Source: Pocillopora damicornis (lineage: Eukaryota). From it: DNA of 64,000 bases. The translations under genes were made by a program, and so were the position numbers. Location: contig NW_020844201.1 of assembly GCF_003704095.1 (NCBI RefSeq), positions 124,001-188,000 of the forward strand, read 5' to 3'. The notes beneath the pieces are model-generated. The model was not told the origin of the DNA. It did not search any database and saw nothing but the letters and a program-made list of their open reading frames with translations. Every line of letters starts with the position of its first letter. Positions within the stretch are counted from its first letter, which is position 1. Positions 1 through 14,254 of the stretch are shown piece by piece.

Positions 1-2329
1 AAGTTGATTTCATCCCACACTGTACCTCTGATTGTTTAAAAGGGTTAAACACATCGATTGTGCTTCCCTCAGCCTCTTGCTGGACAAACTCTATACAAAG
101 ATGAAACAAATAATGAAATCTTTGATTCTTGAATGAGAAAAATAAGAAAATATGAAAGTTAAGTGCGTTCCACACCTTACTGCTCAGAGGTTATATATTA
201 CACCAGAGCTCAAACTACTGTATAAGCAGATGTTCATGGAATTGACAGTAGGGGCCTTTCCACACTAGCGACAAAGTTGTTTATTTAGACAAAGTTTCTG
301 TCATCATCAACATTTTACAAGTGCAGATGGTTTGTTGTAGCTTGACAAATTTTGGTAAATGCACCTTCAAATGCACCTTCTACAAAATTTTTCATGCATA
401 AAAACCTGGACAAAAGCGACTTAATAAACATAACCATGATAAACTTGTTGATCATTTGTCCTAAAAGCTATGACAAGCATGTAATTGCACTGAAATCAGT
501 TAACTAGAAAGGCAAAAATTGTCCCTTGTTGCAAAACTTGAGGTTAACAGAAGTTAATTTTCCATCACAATAACACACTCTTCCTAACAAGCTTCTAACT
601 GAATAATGTCCTGAATTTACAGGGAGAAGTTACAAGTTACCCAATTTGAGGATTTTAAAAGTTAATAGATCACTTCAGAACAGAGCACAGCAGAGTAAAA
701 CCAGAATAAAAGGAATAGCTGTTGTGACTGACAACCACTTACCATTCTGGGGCAAATCAGGCATGTCTTCATCCAGTATGTCCTAAACAAATCATAGCAA
801 ACACACAAAAGTCATTAGCTAGGTAAGATAAGCACAGAGGTATAAGGGTCTACACTGCTGTTTATGTCAATAAAGAAAAAAAAAAAAAACATCTGGCATG
901 TTATGATCAAAAATGCTCACTGCTAAAGAGGATGTATTGGCTAGCAGCTTCTCATATGCCTTCTGTGCCTTTTCAAATGCCTCCTTTCGTTCAGGATGTA
1001 ATTCACCTTTTGTCTGTGGGAAAATTTGAAACATTTGATAAATATATTTTACAACACTGTGTTTCACAGGTAGACTACTTCAGTCTACTTTTAGCTATTA
1101 TAAAGAAGTGCACTTTTCATCTTCCCAATTCATATCTCTGGTGAGGTGAGGTACTGAATGAGAGTAATTTTCTTGCCTTTGCAAAAACACAATAAGTAAC
1201 AGCCCTGTATAGCTACAGTACAAGTGTGATCACCATTGCCAATATATTTTGTTGTAAAGAAATCTGCACTGAACACTGCTGAAGCTTAAATCAGAATTTT
1301 TTAAAAAATTCGCATTAGACCATGGGATATTCTAGGGTGTCAAGGTCTAAACATTTGCTTGAATGTGAAAAGCTGAGATTGAGGTGCTTTACATTTACTG
1401 GTAATTGTATTTAAGTAATCAATGATAACCCCAAAAGTAAAGCAATAATGGAAAACAGAACTACATTTTAGCTCAAAAGCAATAAACAAAGTATAACACC
1501 AACCATTAAAGTTTGGCGATTCTGCCTCTCCCTGTTTTGAAGATCCTTATGAGCTCTAAGTAGATGGATGGAAAGTGACTTGTAATAAGATAGAAAGTGT
1601 TGATGAATAACTGCTTGATCCTCATCAGGCACTATACCACACTTTGGAAATGTTACTTTGTGTTTCTCAGACATCAACCTTTGTTTCCTGGATGTGAAGC
1701 CTGCAAAGTCTTCCCCACAATGACGAGCAAAGCTGCTTATCACCTGTACATACACATGGCTTTCTTTATCACAGTTTACCATGTTACTAAGGATTGCACT
1801 GAGTGTCTTAATGCCTTCAGACAATTTTGGAAAAACTCCACCAATAATCAACTCCCCCAACAGTCTCATGGTGACACGATACTTGCTTACATTTGCAAGC
1901 TGTGGAAACAATATGGACAAAATTATCAAATAAATACAGAGACCTTATTAATAACACACTGTTTGTTTTGTTGTGTTGATGTCCTATAACAGATAAAGTC
2001 ATTGCACTCAGAATTATTTTCTCTTGAAATTTGATCACACCTATGCCTGTCTGCCTACACTGTAGTTACTTTCCATAAAGGAGAAGCACCATATCTTGAA
2101 AGGATCTAATAAGATCCAAAATGCTAACACTTTTGCTGCTGTTGATATTGCTTTTTATTGGTGTTTTCGAGCCTAAAGCCAAAGGGTTAGTCTCTGTAAT
2201 CTTAATATTGCTGTTATGTAAACTTGGTTCATAAGTGTCTGGTAATAAAAGAACAATTCCTTTGATCCATCTGCTTTGGAAGTCAAGAAAGTGCAACAAC
2301 ATTTTGGTGAAACAAAGTCAAGAACAGAC

Positions 2330-2377
<48 letters not shown>

Positions 2378-5300
2378 TTAATGGTACATTTAATATCCAC
2401 ATTCTTGCATACACATGAATTACAATGTTCTTACATTAAATTTTAAAACCAGAAATAATTTCACAAATCAAATATAGAAATATGCTCTATAATTAAACAA
2501 TGTAATATATTTTTGATTATTAAAAGATAAAATTGCACTTGAGAAAAAAACTATGACAATCTTTTAATTCTATGCTTTGGTATTGTTTAGTGCTTTGAGT
2601 TTCTTGTTTGGTAATGGTGTGCAGATGCCCTCATTATAGGAAGACGTTTGAAGAGTGGGCCCCCTCTTGGTATCTTCCATTTCATTTGGGTAGTTTAAGA
2701 TATTGGAGAGCTTCTCTGTATGAAAGTGCAGGTACAATGGTCTTCAAGGTGCATTTCTATGTACAGTCTTCAGAGTCGTAAGAGGGAAGGGTGCAGTGCC
2801 ATACCACACAACAATATTCAAGTGCAGATCGCAACAAAATACTGAATATTAGTAAGTGACGGCTGAAACAACTATTATTTAGGTCACGTTGCCCTATTTT
2901 TGAGTAAATTCTGGCATCTTTTGCCAATGCTTATTTTGCACAGTTTCTACATACACTGTTTGCTTCCATAGACAGCTTTTGAGGTCTTCCCAATCGAGGT
3001 AAATTTACCTCGAAACGGGTGAGACGCAACTTTCAAATGATGCGCGTAGTAAAACCTAGTAACCCGTCGCGTTTCAACGCTTTTGGTATTTCAGCTGGGT
3101 GGAGGCCTTGCTTGTGGAGGGGCTTTTTTGTTTTTTTGTAGAATAATTTGAAACTTTGGCCACGATGACTACCAAAAGAAGAGTACGTAAATGATCCCAA
3201 ATGCATCGACACAATTGATACACTGAATGTTGCCATGGTTGCAAACAACATAGGTCACACGGAGGACTCAAATCTTTGCGGGAAATTCCATGGGAGTTTT
3301 ACATAGAGCAGTACCGAACCACAAATTCAGCCAAATCTTTTGAAAAGAATGAACAATTGCAATGAATTATTGCCCTGAATATTCGCCACATAGAACGAAG
3401 TTCCGCTCTTAATTTTGAGTCGCATTAACGCCATCAAGGAATATGTTGCCAAAAGTTCGAGCCGTTCAAAACAATACATGCCTCGAAAATTCACAGAAAT
3501 GTTGTTGAAGTTTCGTTTCGGTCAAGAATTCGTTGAAAAGCTAGGAATTTCGCCGAATTTCGTCGACAGGTGTTTGCATTACTTTTGCACAATACTGTAC
3601 TTTTTTAATATCTGCAATTTTTATTTACTTTTAACAATTTAATATTATTTTGGATTAGGACCTCTCTGTAGATCACCAACAGGTGAGAGAGCTTCCTGTT
3701 TAAATATCACCATCAAATTGTTGACCATCACTAGTGACAATACTAGACCAAGTTTTGATCCTTGAGGAACACCTACTTTACACCTTTTTCTGTTCATTTA
3801 TACAAAATGTACATTTATTTACGTCAACAGCTGAAGCTATATGGCAAATATATGTTCATTAGCATTTTCATGCATAGTATGACAATCAATGGCATATTAG
3901 AGAGATACAATAATACAATTTGCATGGAGACGCACAATCAATTGCACCTTTGTACAAACATTTATTCAAAATGGTCAATTGTTAACATGAACTGACAAAC
4001 ACTGGTGTTTTTCAAATAAACAATTGAAAGAAAAAATATTCATTAGTGTCATTCATCATAGTTACATGTATTTTAAAATACTGAACAAAAATACAAGAGT
4101 ATGTACATTATCATTTAAATTTTTTTTTTTTTTTTTCACAACATTTTGCTGAAGCAGATATTAAATGAAGAACATTTTACATGTGCAGTTCACTGTAAGA
4201 AACAGAGTACCCTGTATGAACAAGTAGATGCATTGGAGACAGAAATAACCGAAGAAAATCATGCCATCAAGAAACAGAATCCAACTTGAACAGCGACAAA
4301 GAATTATTCAAGCCTTCAAAGATGGTACTGAAGATTACTTGATGGTTTCTGCTACTATCAGAGTGAACCAATCAATGGCAAGAAGTATCATTGCACAATA
4401 CTTGTGAGAGGGAAGAATTGTGGAGAGACCATGAGGAGGAGCAAATCATGTTCGAGTAGATGATGAAATGAGGAATTGCCTGAATAACATTTTAGATGAA
4501 AATTGACTGCTAACACTAGCACAGATTAATCAAGAATTGAGACAGCATCTTCCAAGAAAACCAACAATCTATGACTGTACATTGTAGCAAGAACACTTGA
4601 AGGTATGTTGTATCGTGTAAAATTGGCAAGGCCACTCCCAGTTGAACGAAACCACCCTGATGTCCTGCAAAAAGAGTTGACTATGCCAACTGGTTCATGC
4701 ACCATTCTGTAGTGAATCATAGAATATTTGTAGACGAGTGCGGGCACAATACTTGGACAGCAAGAAGTCATGGATGAGCAAGGATGGGAGAGAGGGCATT
4801 TTGACCAATATGTGGTCAGCAAGGGAGAAAAGTTAATGTAGCACTGGCAATTTCACCCACTATTGGACTCCTTTTTCACTCAGCATTTCTCGGTGGAATG
4901 AATGGACAAAGATTTAATGATTTTCTGTCACAGGCAAGGCTAACTCTCAACCCAAATGAACATGTGATTTTCATTTATGACGGTCCTAATTCTGAGCTTA
5001 AAAAGCCACCACCATACAGCCCCTTTCTAAACATTGTAGAGCAAGCAACAAGTGTCTTAAAGCAGCCATAAAAGTGGACATAAGTTATCCAGAGCAGCAA
5101 GAACAGATGAATGACAGAGCAGAGGCAAGACGACAAGGAATTGCATTAGGCAATTACAGCACTCAATTGCTACATCAGGTCTTGCAGAGAAACATAGGCA
5201 CCAACACAGCTGCTAAACGTGGGCAGTGGTACAGATTTATGCAAATGTATATTCCAATGAAGAAATTGAAGGAAAATTACAAAACATTACATTACAGTAC

Positions 5301-8300
5301 ACTGTGATAGAACAATTTTGAAATTTCTTTTTCCCTAGTTGATTGTTATTACAGTCTGTCACTTCACATTAATGATGACCATTTTGAATAAATGATTGTA
5401 TGAAGGTGCAATTGATTGTGTGTCTCTAAGCAAATTGTATTATTGTATGTCTCTAATACACAATTGATTGTCATACTATGCAATTGATTTCCTGTGAGTG
5501 TTAATGATCAACCATTGCACAAGATTGAAAGTATATTTGTTATGTTTGATTGTCCAAAGGTGCAATTGTTCATCTGTTGATGCTATTGAATGTTAATACA
5601 TAATGCAAATTGCATTATTGAAAGTTTGTTCACATTAATGAAGTTCATGAAAGTGCTAATGAATGTATATTTGCCATATAGTTTCAACTGTTGACGTAAA
5701 TAAATGTACATTTTACGTAAATGAACAGCAAAAGGTGTAATTGGAAGCCAGTCAGAGATCAAGTTAGGTACCTTAACTCTTTTTCACCCATTAGTCAAGA
5801 AACTTATGTGTGAACTCCTAGGTCCAGAATTTTTTTCAATTGGCACATTATTGAGTCCAATATGGTGGACTGCTTTGGAATATCAAAAAAGCAAAGGCAA
5901 GGATGGTACCCAGATGAGTCAAGGTGCAAGAGCCAAATATGAATCGTGTCAAATAGACAATATGCTGTGGAAGTTCCCTTCAAGAAACCAAACTGTTTTG
6001 GATCAGTTTCATCTTTGATTTCCTTCAACAACCATGTCACTACCTTCTGGTATTGCCCTTATGAGAGGAAACCTGAGCTTCAAAACATACCCTTCAAAAA
6101 AGACCCTCGTAATTGGGCTGCACACTTTGACTCCATGCTGAAGAAAGCTAATTTCTTATTCTGCATCCTATGATTCTGTAATTACTATTAATGGGTATTT
6201 TTTCAGAGCTTAAAGGTCTATTAGAAAGTCTAACAATGCCTGCATCCTTACACCGTATCCAAGAGTGAAGCCTTTAAATCATGTTCCACCACAGTCTACA
6301 CTCCCCTTGCAGAAGTGATAAAAAAGCAGGATGTGCAACTATGGCATAAAATCACCCTACTGACAGAGAACATGGCTCACACAAGCTGCTTCCAATACAA
6401 AGGAGTCATGAATTATGCAGTCATGGATACGGGTATATTATTCTAGGAGTAATAACTGAATACATAAACATGAACCATTGATGGATGTTATTTTGAGTTT
6501 CAGCAATTTTGAAATATATGTAATTGGGGTTATGTAGTTTTTATTACTTTTCACCTCTTAATCATTGTTAACTTACACATTTTGTTGATGTATTTTATCT
6601 TTTTTTCGGTCGTTTACCCACACCTGCCGATTATTGCATACGGCAAAAAAAAAAGTCAACAGATTACCCGCACTGGTGGATAACCCGAATGTTGTGTTAT
6701 CCAACTTTTTGGTGGCGAAAACGTGACATTAGGGTGATACATTTCAGTCTTTTAAAAGTTGTCTGATCCAACTTTTGAAAACTTGAAAGTATCTTTGTCA
6801 AGTTTAAAGGTCAAAGAAATTCAGACACGTGCACAGTTGTGTCAATATTAGCATGTACTTTATTGATAAAATTATACAGTAAAAACACTAGTGGCCCATG
6901 CCCAAATCTCAACGTTTCATACTTGACAGAATGCGAATTTGTAGCCACATTTTGTGCGAGTGATCGTTCAGCGCCATGTTGATTTGTTGAAAAAAAGCTG
7001 GGTGAGTGTTAAAACTTGAATTAAAAAGTACTGTTGGCCATTTCTGAAAAAAATCGATATCTCCGGTTCTATTGGGCCTAACAAGTTCCTTAAAAAGGGA
7101 AAATTCTCTTTAGCTCAAGCTATTGTTAAATGGAAATTTGTTACTGATGCACCAGATATCTTTGGATTATTTTTGTCAGCATCAAAGGTTTGGTTTTCAC
7201 ACGTGCCGATAGCAATTTGTTCATCGTGCAACTATTTATGCGTGAAATAAACTCGAGTCAGCATCATGTTTTCATGCCACTTTGCGGCACTCTCAATACA
7301 ATAAAATTCATTTGAGAGGTGGAAATGCATGTTGGCGATAATTTTTTTCAATTCAACTACCAGTAGATTTTAAAATTGTCACATAACCTGCAGCTCCCTA
7401 TTACCGGCAGTGGGGCATGTTTAATGCAAAATCAACAGATTACCCGTGGGCAAATGGCCAGTAATTACGGTATCTTCATCATCATCAAATGTACTGAAGT
7501 ACCAGTTTAATACGTACTCATTATCTGAGTGAGAGGGCAGTGGGAAAATATTTGTCTCCAGGTTAAGACACAGTGTATGGATGAAGCACAACCAATGACC
7601 AAGGGCCAAATATTTTCCTGTACAGCCTGACCAAACTCAGTCAATAAGTAGTTTATGATATGACCACCCCAATTTACCAATTGGCTGTTGAGGAAACACA
7701 ACGTTAAGACACTATAAATTTGAAGTACGAAAGGTTAGTGTCACAGTACTAAGTAACTAATATAAAACAGTTGTAATTGCTCTAGGAAATACCTTTTCCT
7801 CATCTTTGCCACCATATCCATCAAATATCTTAACAAGTCCCTTTTTCAGTGGTTCACTGAAGTCACCATACACTTGATGAATTAAGCCACAGACATGACC
7901 CGCACATCTCACATCAGCTAGCTTTAAGAAAATAGAGAAATACATTTTATTTGTCTGTTAACAAAAATCACACTTCTGAATTAATTTATGAATTAATTCA
8001 AGTTTTGGAAGGAAGTCTAATCCTTCCACATTATTTGTGTATACCAGAGATTTTCAAATTAAACCAATTTCCTTTACACCACTAATCAGATGGATAATTA
8101 TCAACAAAACTCATAATTATCAACAGACCAGTGTTCTGTCCATTTGTTGCTTGTTGCTTGTTCCTTTATTATATTTTTTCTTGAACACCAATTATCAAAA
8201 TAGAATTTTTTTCATTTTAATTCACCATCATGTAAATTTGGATCAAAGCAGTTCTATTCAAAGATAAAATTGTTGGTAAGATACTGGTACCTTCAATTTG

Positions 8301-11300
8301 GGTACACCATCGATAACTGCAGCAACCTGTTGAAAGAAACAGTAAAGACCTTTCAGTCTTTCAGACCAAAGAAAGCTGCACAGGAACAATAAACCTCACT
8401 GAGGGATAGGATTAATATTACTGTGTTGATTTATAACGAAAAGTGGAATGCTTACCGCTTCCTGAACATATCTTGAGAGGTTCAAACCAGCAAATTCCTG
8501 CTCCAGAGACTCACGCTGGGCTTCTGTGATTGTCCTCTATAATCAAAACACCCCTAACTATTATTCAAAGTAGGATAAGATTCACACTTTGAGCTCCTGC
8601 AAATGATTTCAGTTGGATTTTGAAAAGCTAGTAACCAGCTAATATGAAATTTGTTCAGGCTCTATACCTTTTTTTATTCTTTTCATAAGAAAAAAAGGAA
8701 CAAAATAACTGTTTAAAGTTAACAATGTTGGATTACTAGTCTATATAAAATGAAAGACCATACCAATTTCTTGATGAATGCAGAATTTTTCTTCACAGAA
8801 GAATCTTTTCCTTTAAAATAAGACTCTTCAGGTCGTTGGACTGACAGAAAAATGATGTTGCAAAATTTAAATAATTAATACCCATAGTTCAACAAATAAA
8901 CTATTTTACATAAGCTAGAATAGCTTGTGCATATAAACAATTAAAACCAATTATATGCTGGCAACTTTTATAACAATTAAATTAGCTACACCTTATAAGT
9001 AATTGAGAGATGTGTCTATGAAAGATTTGAAATTAATTAGTGTGCACTTTTCAGATCATTTCAGTGCAGCCTTCACACCATAATTACATTCACTGGTATA
9101 GTACATGTAATACAGTGTACTAAGCAAGAGCAAATATTGGTTAATCTAACTGATGTACATCACAAGTTTGCTTAGCCATTATTACCTTGCTCTGATATCT
9201 TATAATTCATTGTTAAACATTTCATATATCTGTGATGCACTGAAAAATAAAACTAATGCAAACTCTAATTTATTCCCCAGAGCCTTCAATGTGCAGAGGT
9301 CTTTTGTTTAACACTAGATTCTAAAAAGAAGAGCTATAATTCAAGATGCAGCACTAACCAATGGCAGAAAGATTCTTCTCTCGCAGAGCAAGTTTCTGAT
9401 CAACCAGTTCTTTTGCTTCTTTCATAGCTTGTTGCTTGTTTGGTAAACAATAAAAATAGTCCACTATATTTTGTTAAAATAAACTTCAAATAAACAAAGA
9501 CTTAAATCAAGATCAGTAAGAGTATCATAAAACAAACCACTTCTTCCTCTTCCTTTCTTAATTCTTCTTCATTCTCATCCTCCTTTACTTTATTACTATC
9601 CACTTTATTTTCATCCTTGAAAAATAATCATAAAAGTAATACCAATTTTATAATAATACACTGTAATACTTTTGTTTAAGGGAGTCCTGGGTGAAAAACA
9701 GGTTTAATACTAAACCAACACTGTACTCTCCACATCTCGATAATATTACAGAAAGACTATAGATTGCCAACTTACTGGTCTCTATTTCAATGTTGTTGAC
9801 CAATTGACAGATGTTCAATTCAAAGTATTATTTGTCAGGATATAGATAAAAACCAATGCAAACTTTAAATATTCATGTTGTTCTTTTTTCTTCGCCAATT
9901 CAAAACATGATATGAAGTAATTATCAAAAGTGCATTGATTGTTAAGAATTTTACTTCTATTAACAGTGCACTTAAATAGCAAGGGTAGAGGACGGGGCCT
10001 GGCATTAATATTGTAAAATGTAATCCTGAAATTTCAGTCAATGATATTGTAATCAATAATCATTTAAAAACAATTAAGATTGGATGATTAATCTATGGTA
10101 CTCAAAACAGCAAGTTCTATTGTACCTTGACATCTTCCTGTTTCAGCTGATCTCTGCTGAAAAATAACAAATAGAAAACTAATTACATCAATAAAATTTA
10201 AAGTCAATACATATAACTTCAAGATACTAAAAAGAGGTATGAATTACCTGACACAACACTTACTGTGTTATAAAGCAATGTCACAGTAAATAATTACCAT
10301 TTACAAATAAACAAGTATCTTAGTAATTAAGAAATATAGTGCTATTAGGGACTAGAATAAAGCATATTAAAAATATTGCCAGGGATCAATTCCCAGGATA
10401 TCAAAATTAAAAAAAACATTCTCTGACATGATTGGTTACAGGCTGCCTGATTAGCTCACTGACAGGACAGTGTACCAGAAATGCTTGAAAAGGAAAGTAG
10501 GGCAGTTTAAGTATCAGCCCTGTGTAGTAAGACTGCATAGCTCATTTCCATGCTACCCGATTACATCATAAGCTAGTCACGCAATAATTGATCCCAACAC
10601 AAATGAATATTTACCCTGTATGAAGATTTTTGTTTATGTTGAATTAACAATATTTGCATGTCACTTTTGTGGCCACTAATCATTGTTTCAGTAGCAGCAT
10701 AGCAGTTAAAAGTGGGTTGTTAGGTGCTGACAGGGTGGGTATTGACCAATTCCCAATCGAGACCTTACCTCTCTCGGGATGCATAATTTTGCACAAGGTG
10801 GTAGTATGAATTTTCTAGACATCATGTGTACTATCTGTGGTACACACTTGTCAATTTCCCAATCGGTTTTTGGAATCAACTTAACCCTACTTTTACCACG
10901 GCCATACACTTTAGGCACTCTACAACTACTAATAGAACCCCAACTCCACCCAACACTGGTAACAAGATTTGATCTATGAGTGGGGCAGATTGTAAAATCA
11001 TCCATATCTTTTGACATCTTGAAGATGCAGGCTCGCAACAAAGTAAGATCAACTTCAGTTTCTGGATCTCCCCAAGTGACTTGAAATGTATTTTTTACAA
11101 CTACACAAGGGAACGGCCTGAGATATGCAACATAGGTCTTCACAATAACTATACCCAACAGTCCCACCAGTGAACGATTTAAATGAACAGCAAATCTCCA
11201 TGTTGGCGTGTAAGATGACACGCTTGTACAACGGATCAATCAGCTAAATCAGTATGTAGCTTTTCAATCGAATTGACTTTTGTGGACATTCTTTGACTTC

Positions 11301-14059
11301 TGCTGGCAAAGGAATCATTGATGGATCTGGACAGTTTAGTTTTCTGAATACAGTAATTCTTGGAAGGTTTTTATAGATATGCAAAGAGGGAAAAAACCCA
11401 TCTCTTGGTAATTTCAGAGGTTGATTCATCTCTGAATTTACATGTCACGCTTGTCATGCAAGTGATATAATAATGTGGAGAAGATTTATAATCTGGCTAA
11501 AATGTGGTAAGGCATAACTTGGTCATCAAAACAGCTAATAAAATCATTAATAAATAAGGTAAGAGTGCTGTGTTAGATATTTTTAACAAAGTGTAGTGAT
11601 TTATTCTAGTAAACAGTGGTGACAAGTAGGCACAATGTATATTTCATAGTCACTTGCCATTAAATTTTGCCAGACTTTGAGTTTGTCTCACAATAGAACA
11701 ACACAAATACACAAGGAAATTTTTACAGTAACTTTGTAACCATCCTTTTGTCTTTTAAACGCTAGAAGCTCAGTAGATTCTGTCATATTGGTCATTGTTA
11801 AAACTGTCTTTGTTTTGGTGCTAATTTTTGACATAGAAAAAGTATGTTGGACAAAATATTCACCCAAAAATAAATATTTCTTTGCCAGCTACAATAATGA
11901 CAGGGGATTAAGTTTGGATGATGAAACAAAGGAAAGGTTGACAGAAATACCAGAGGTCAAGTAAATTCGTTACAGGAGGTCACACCACTTGGGTAATATT
12001 CACAGTGAAAATTTGCATATTTGAGCGGTTGAACAAAAAAAATAATTTCTTGAAAACTAAAATATATTTAATCACAAAAAAACTACACCACAATTATTAG
12101 GACGTATTGGGCAACAAAATATGAAAGTAGGAGAGAAAACCAATTTTGGGCAACTTGTCACAATATTTCAAATTTGTTAGATGGATGCTGACATCCTCTC
12201 TTATATTATTTGTACATATGATCATGAATAGAAGGAAACTTAAAAGAAACAGTTCTCTAGAGAACAGTGGAGCCTCAATTTAACAAAGTGCCAAGTGACT
12301 GGGGATATTGGATCATTGTCCTGAGGGTTCATTATAATGAAAACCTTAATTTAATGAATTTGTAGAAAAACAACCAAATTGTTCATTACATTGAGGGCTG
12401 ATTGATAACTACCTTTTTAATTTTTATTATTTATTTCATTTTTTTGTTTGTTTGGTGGTTTGATGTCCCCCTTCCCAGCATTTTGGGATCAGAGCAATTT
12501 CTGTAAATAACATTTGTGCTTTAATGTCTAGTTGAAGCTAGAGTAACCTATACAGGTTGGTACATAGCCACAGCACCTTATTTTTAAAGCAAAGGGGAAA
12601 AATTTCAGTGGAAGTCACTGGCAAACAGTGATGGATTTTGATTCTTGGTGGTCTGCTCACATTTATCTCATGTCACATAATGACCTTTTCTTGTCATATT
12701 GTAGTAAATTATTTGTTTGGGCTTCTAGATTGTGTTCATTAAAATGAGGATTTTGTTATATTAAGGTTCTTTTCCATACATTTTACTGTAACTTTGGTCG
12801 GACTGAAGAGTATCGTTCGTTATACTGAGGACTTTGTTATGTAGAGGTTTGTTAAATCAAGGTTCTACTGTATTATTACATGACCTAAAATTGGTAAACA
12901 AAAAAGCTAAAGAGGTCTACTGGGAGCAGGACTTTACGCTGTCCACTTTGTCAGCAATCACGCCAATGATTAACAAATTGGACTTTTGCTTAGTAGCCAT
13001 GTAATTTTGATTAATTTTTCATTCATTTCATAACAGATCAAACTGAAATCCACTTGGTCCCATTACCTTTAGAAATGTGTCTGGTTGAAAATGATTTCAG
13101 ATGAATCGAGACTAGCTTTTAAATTTAAAAGAATTAACCTCCTCTGATGAATCATATCACAAAAAATTTCAGTTTATTACCTAAAAACATTTATTTTCAT
13201 TGGTTACATTTTGGAAAAAAAGCATTTGTAACTATCTGCACCGTGACCCTGCACCATTTAACTCATGTTACACTTGATTGACAATCACTCAAAAGTGATG
13301 AAAATAATTTTAGACTGAGCTCACAAATTCTCGTCATGCCAACAGCAACAACAACCAGTTTCGCTGTACTTTAGTGAATGCAAACCTTTATATTTTCTAT
13401 AGAAAAAGAAACAACCCATCCACCAAACACCCAGTTTGATATTTCATTTCTAGAAAATTTTAAAGGAAGGATGAAAATCAACAAACGGAAAAAATAACCC
13501 AAACAGAAAGGTGTTTATTTTTTAATTTTTTTTTGGAAAGCAATCATCATTTGGAAAAAGCCATATTTTCGTAAGCCATACCGAATTTGCATTGTTGTTT
13601 GACTTCTAATAATACCTGCAAGATTACCTTTGAAAAGAAATTGTTTCTCAGTGAAACATCTTCGTCATATCAGCACACACTGGTTCGTGAAGGAAACGAA
13701 ATGCGACTTACAAGCTGGAATATAATAATTTCAATTTCAAAATCCAGCCGCCACATTGTGGCAGCTAACGACGACGAGAAGTTTGTAAGGACATGACCTT
13801 ACTTTGAATTACATGCATTACAGGAAAGGCTCATTTTTGGTTAGAACCTTACTCTCATTAATCAATACCTTTCATTTTTCTCCATATGTGCACCACGTTG
13901 ATTTTCTGGAGCTGAAAGGCCCTCTTGATTTTGAGCTTTCTCTTCTTTTACTTTCCCACTGTTTTCCATCGCCTGGCGGCAGTTTCCCAGTGCACAAGCT
14001 TTGCCCCCAGAAAGTTGCTCCACTTCCCCGCATTCTTCCTTCTTTTTTTCCTCATTCAT
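1..14059 (-). CDS. UPF2: Regulator of nonsense transcripts 2 (NMD factor, MIF4G domains); 5' part, spliced, continues beyond window start
   Basis: GT-AG exon chain (phases checked for the first five exons): ~14059-13869 (MNEEKKKEE..., first exon less certain), 10156-10126, 9615-9541, ~9434-9359, ~8840-8764 (VQRPEESYFKGKDSSVKKNSAFIKKL), ~8536-8456 (EFAGLNLSRYVQEA), ~8326-8291, ~7920-7792 (GHVCGLIHQVYGDF), ~1900-1504 (KYRVTMRLLGELII...SFARHCGEDFAG), ~1013-921 (KGELHPERKEAFEK), ~782-743, ~92-1. Matches the UPF2 MIF4G-1 region motifs. Confidence 0.93.
2080..2790 (-). mobile_element. Degenerate non-LTR (CR1/L2-like) retrotransposon fragments
   Basis: Minus-strand remnants read CCTFL(D)F (RT 'FLDFxKAFD' region) and LKTIVPALSYREALQYLKLP (LINE ORF2 C-terminus). 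Frameshifted. Confidence 0.4.
2331..2376. repeat. (TAA)n microsatellite
   Basis: About 15 perfect trinucleotide units. Confidence 0.95.
3781..5737 (+). mobile_element. Tc1/mariner-IS630-like DNA transposon, full length, with decayed DDE transposase
   Basis: Left end TA|CACCTTTTTCTGTTCATTTA... is the inverse of right end ...TAAATGAACAGCAAAAGGTG|TA, and the inverted similarity extends over 200 bp. TA flanks at 3779-3780 and 5738-5739. Internal remnants IFVDECG, VIFIYD and PPPYSPFLNIVEQA contain frameshifts and stops. Confidence 0.88.
5780..6050 (-). mobile_element. LINE reverse transcriptase fragment (CR1/L2 group)
   Basis: ORF 5804-6040 DPKQFGFLKGTSTAYCL...LCFFD matches the RT QxGF and DFxKAFD region. 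Confidence 0.8.
10780..11201 (-). pseudogene. Remnant of the N-terminal part of a transposase related to the element at 60091-64000
   Basis: MEICCSFKSFTGG...FTICPTHRSNL...GWSWGSISSCRVP aligns with MEGCCLCKSLIGG...[26 protein letters not shown] at 61343. Confidence 0.75.
12265..12870. mobile_element. pogo/Tigger-like MITE
   Basis: TIRs CAGTGGAGCCTCAATTTAACAAA and TTTGTTAAATCAAGGTTCTACTG, followed by TA on the right; no coding capacity. Confidence 0.75.
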
Positions 14060-14254
14060 GGAAAATGCCTAACGCTTTCTTTTCTTTCCACATCGAGGGA
14101 GAATTGGGTCAGTGCGCTAGTAATGACACTAGTGAAGGAAAAAATTTTCCGCCATTTTCACGCCTCCGCACTGAAGATTTCCGTGAGTTCAAAGCAGTTT
14201 TCGTGACCTGGTGCCGCATTGAGTACCAGTCCATTTTCAACATTTTCACAAGTA
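14060..14254. promoter_or_regulatory. Bidirectional promoter/5'UTRs shared by UPF2 and TAF1C
   Basis: About 195 bp between divergent ATGs; locally CpG-rich. Confidence 0.65.

Noticed and set aside
2173-2400. Poly-Ile ORF
   Set aside because: Translation of the (TAA)n microsatellite.
3570-3599. Tc1-like terminus (TTTTGCACAATACTG|TA)
   Set aside because: No matching left TIR was found, so the element cannot be defined.
6616-7418. Possible TIR element (CCCACACCTGCCGATTAT and ATTACCGGCAGTGGGG)
   Set aside because: The inverted match is short and gapped, and no TSD was identified. It is probably a TE but cannot be delimited.
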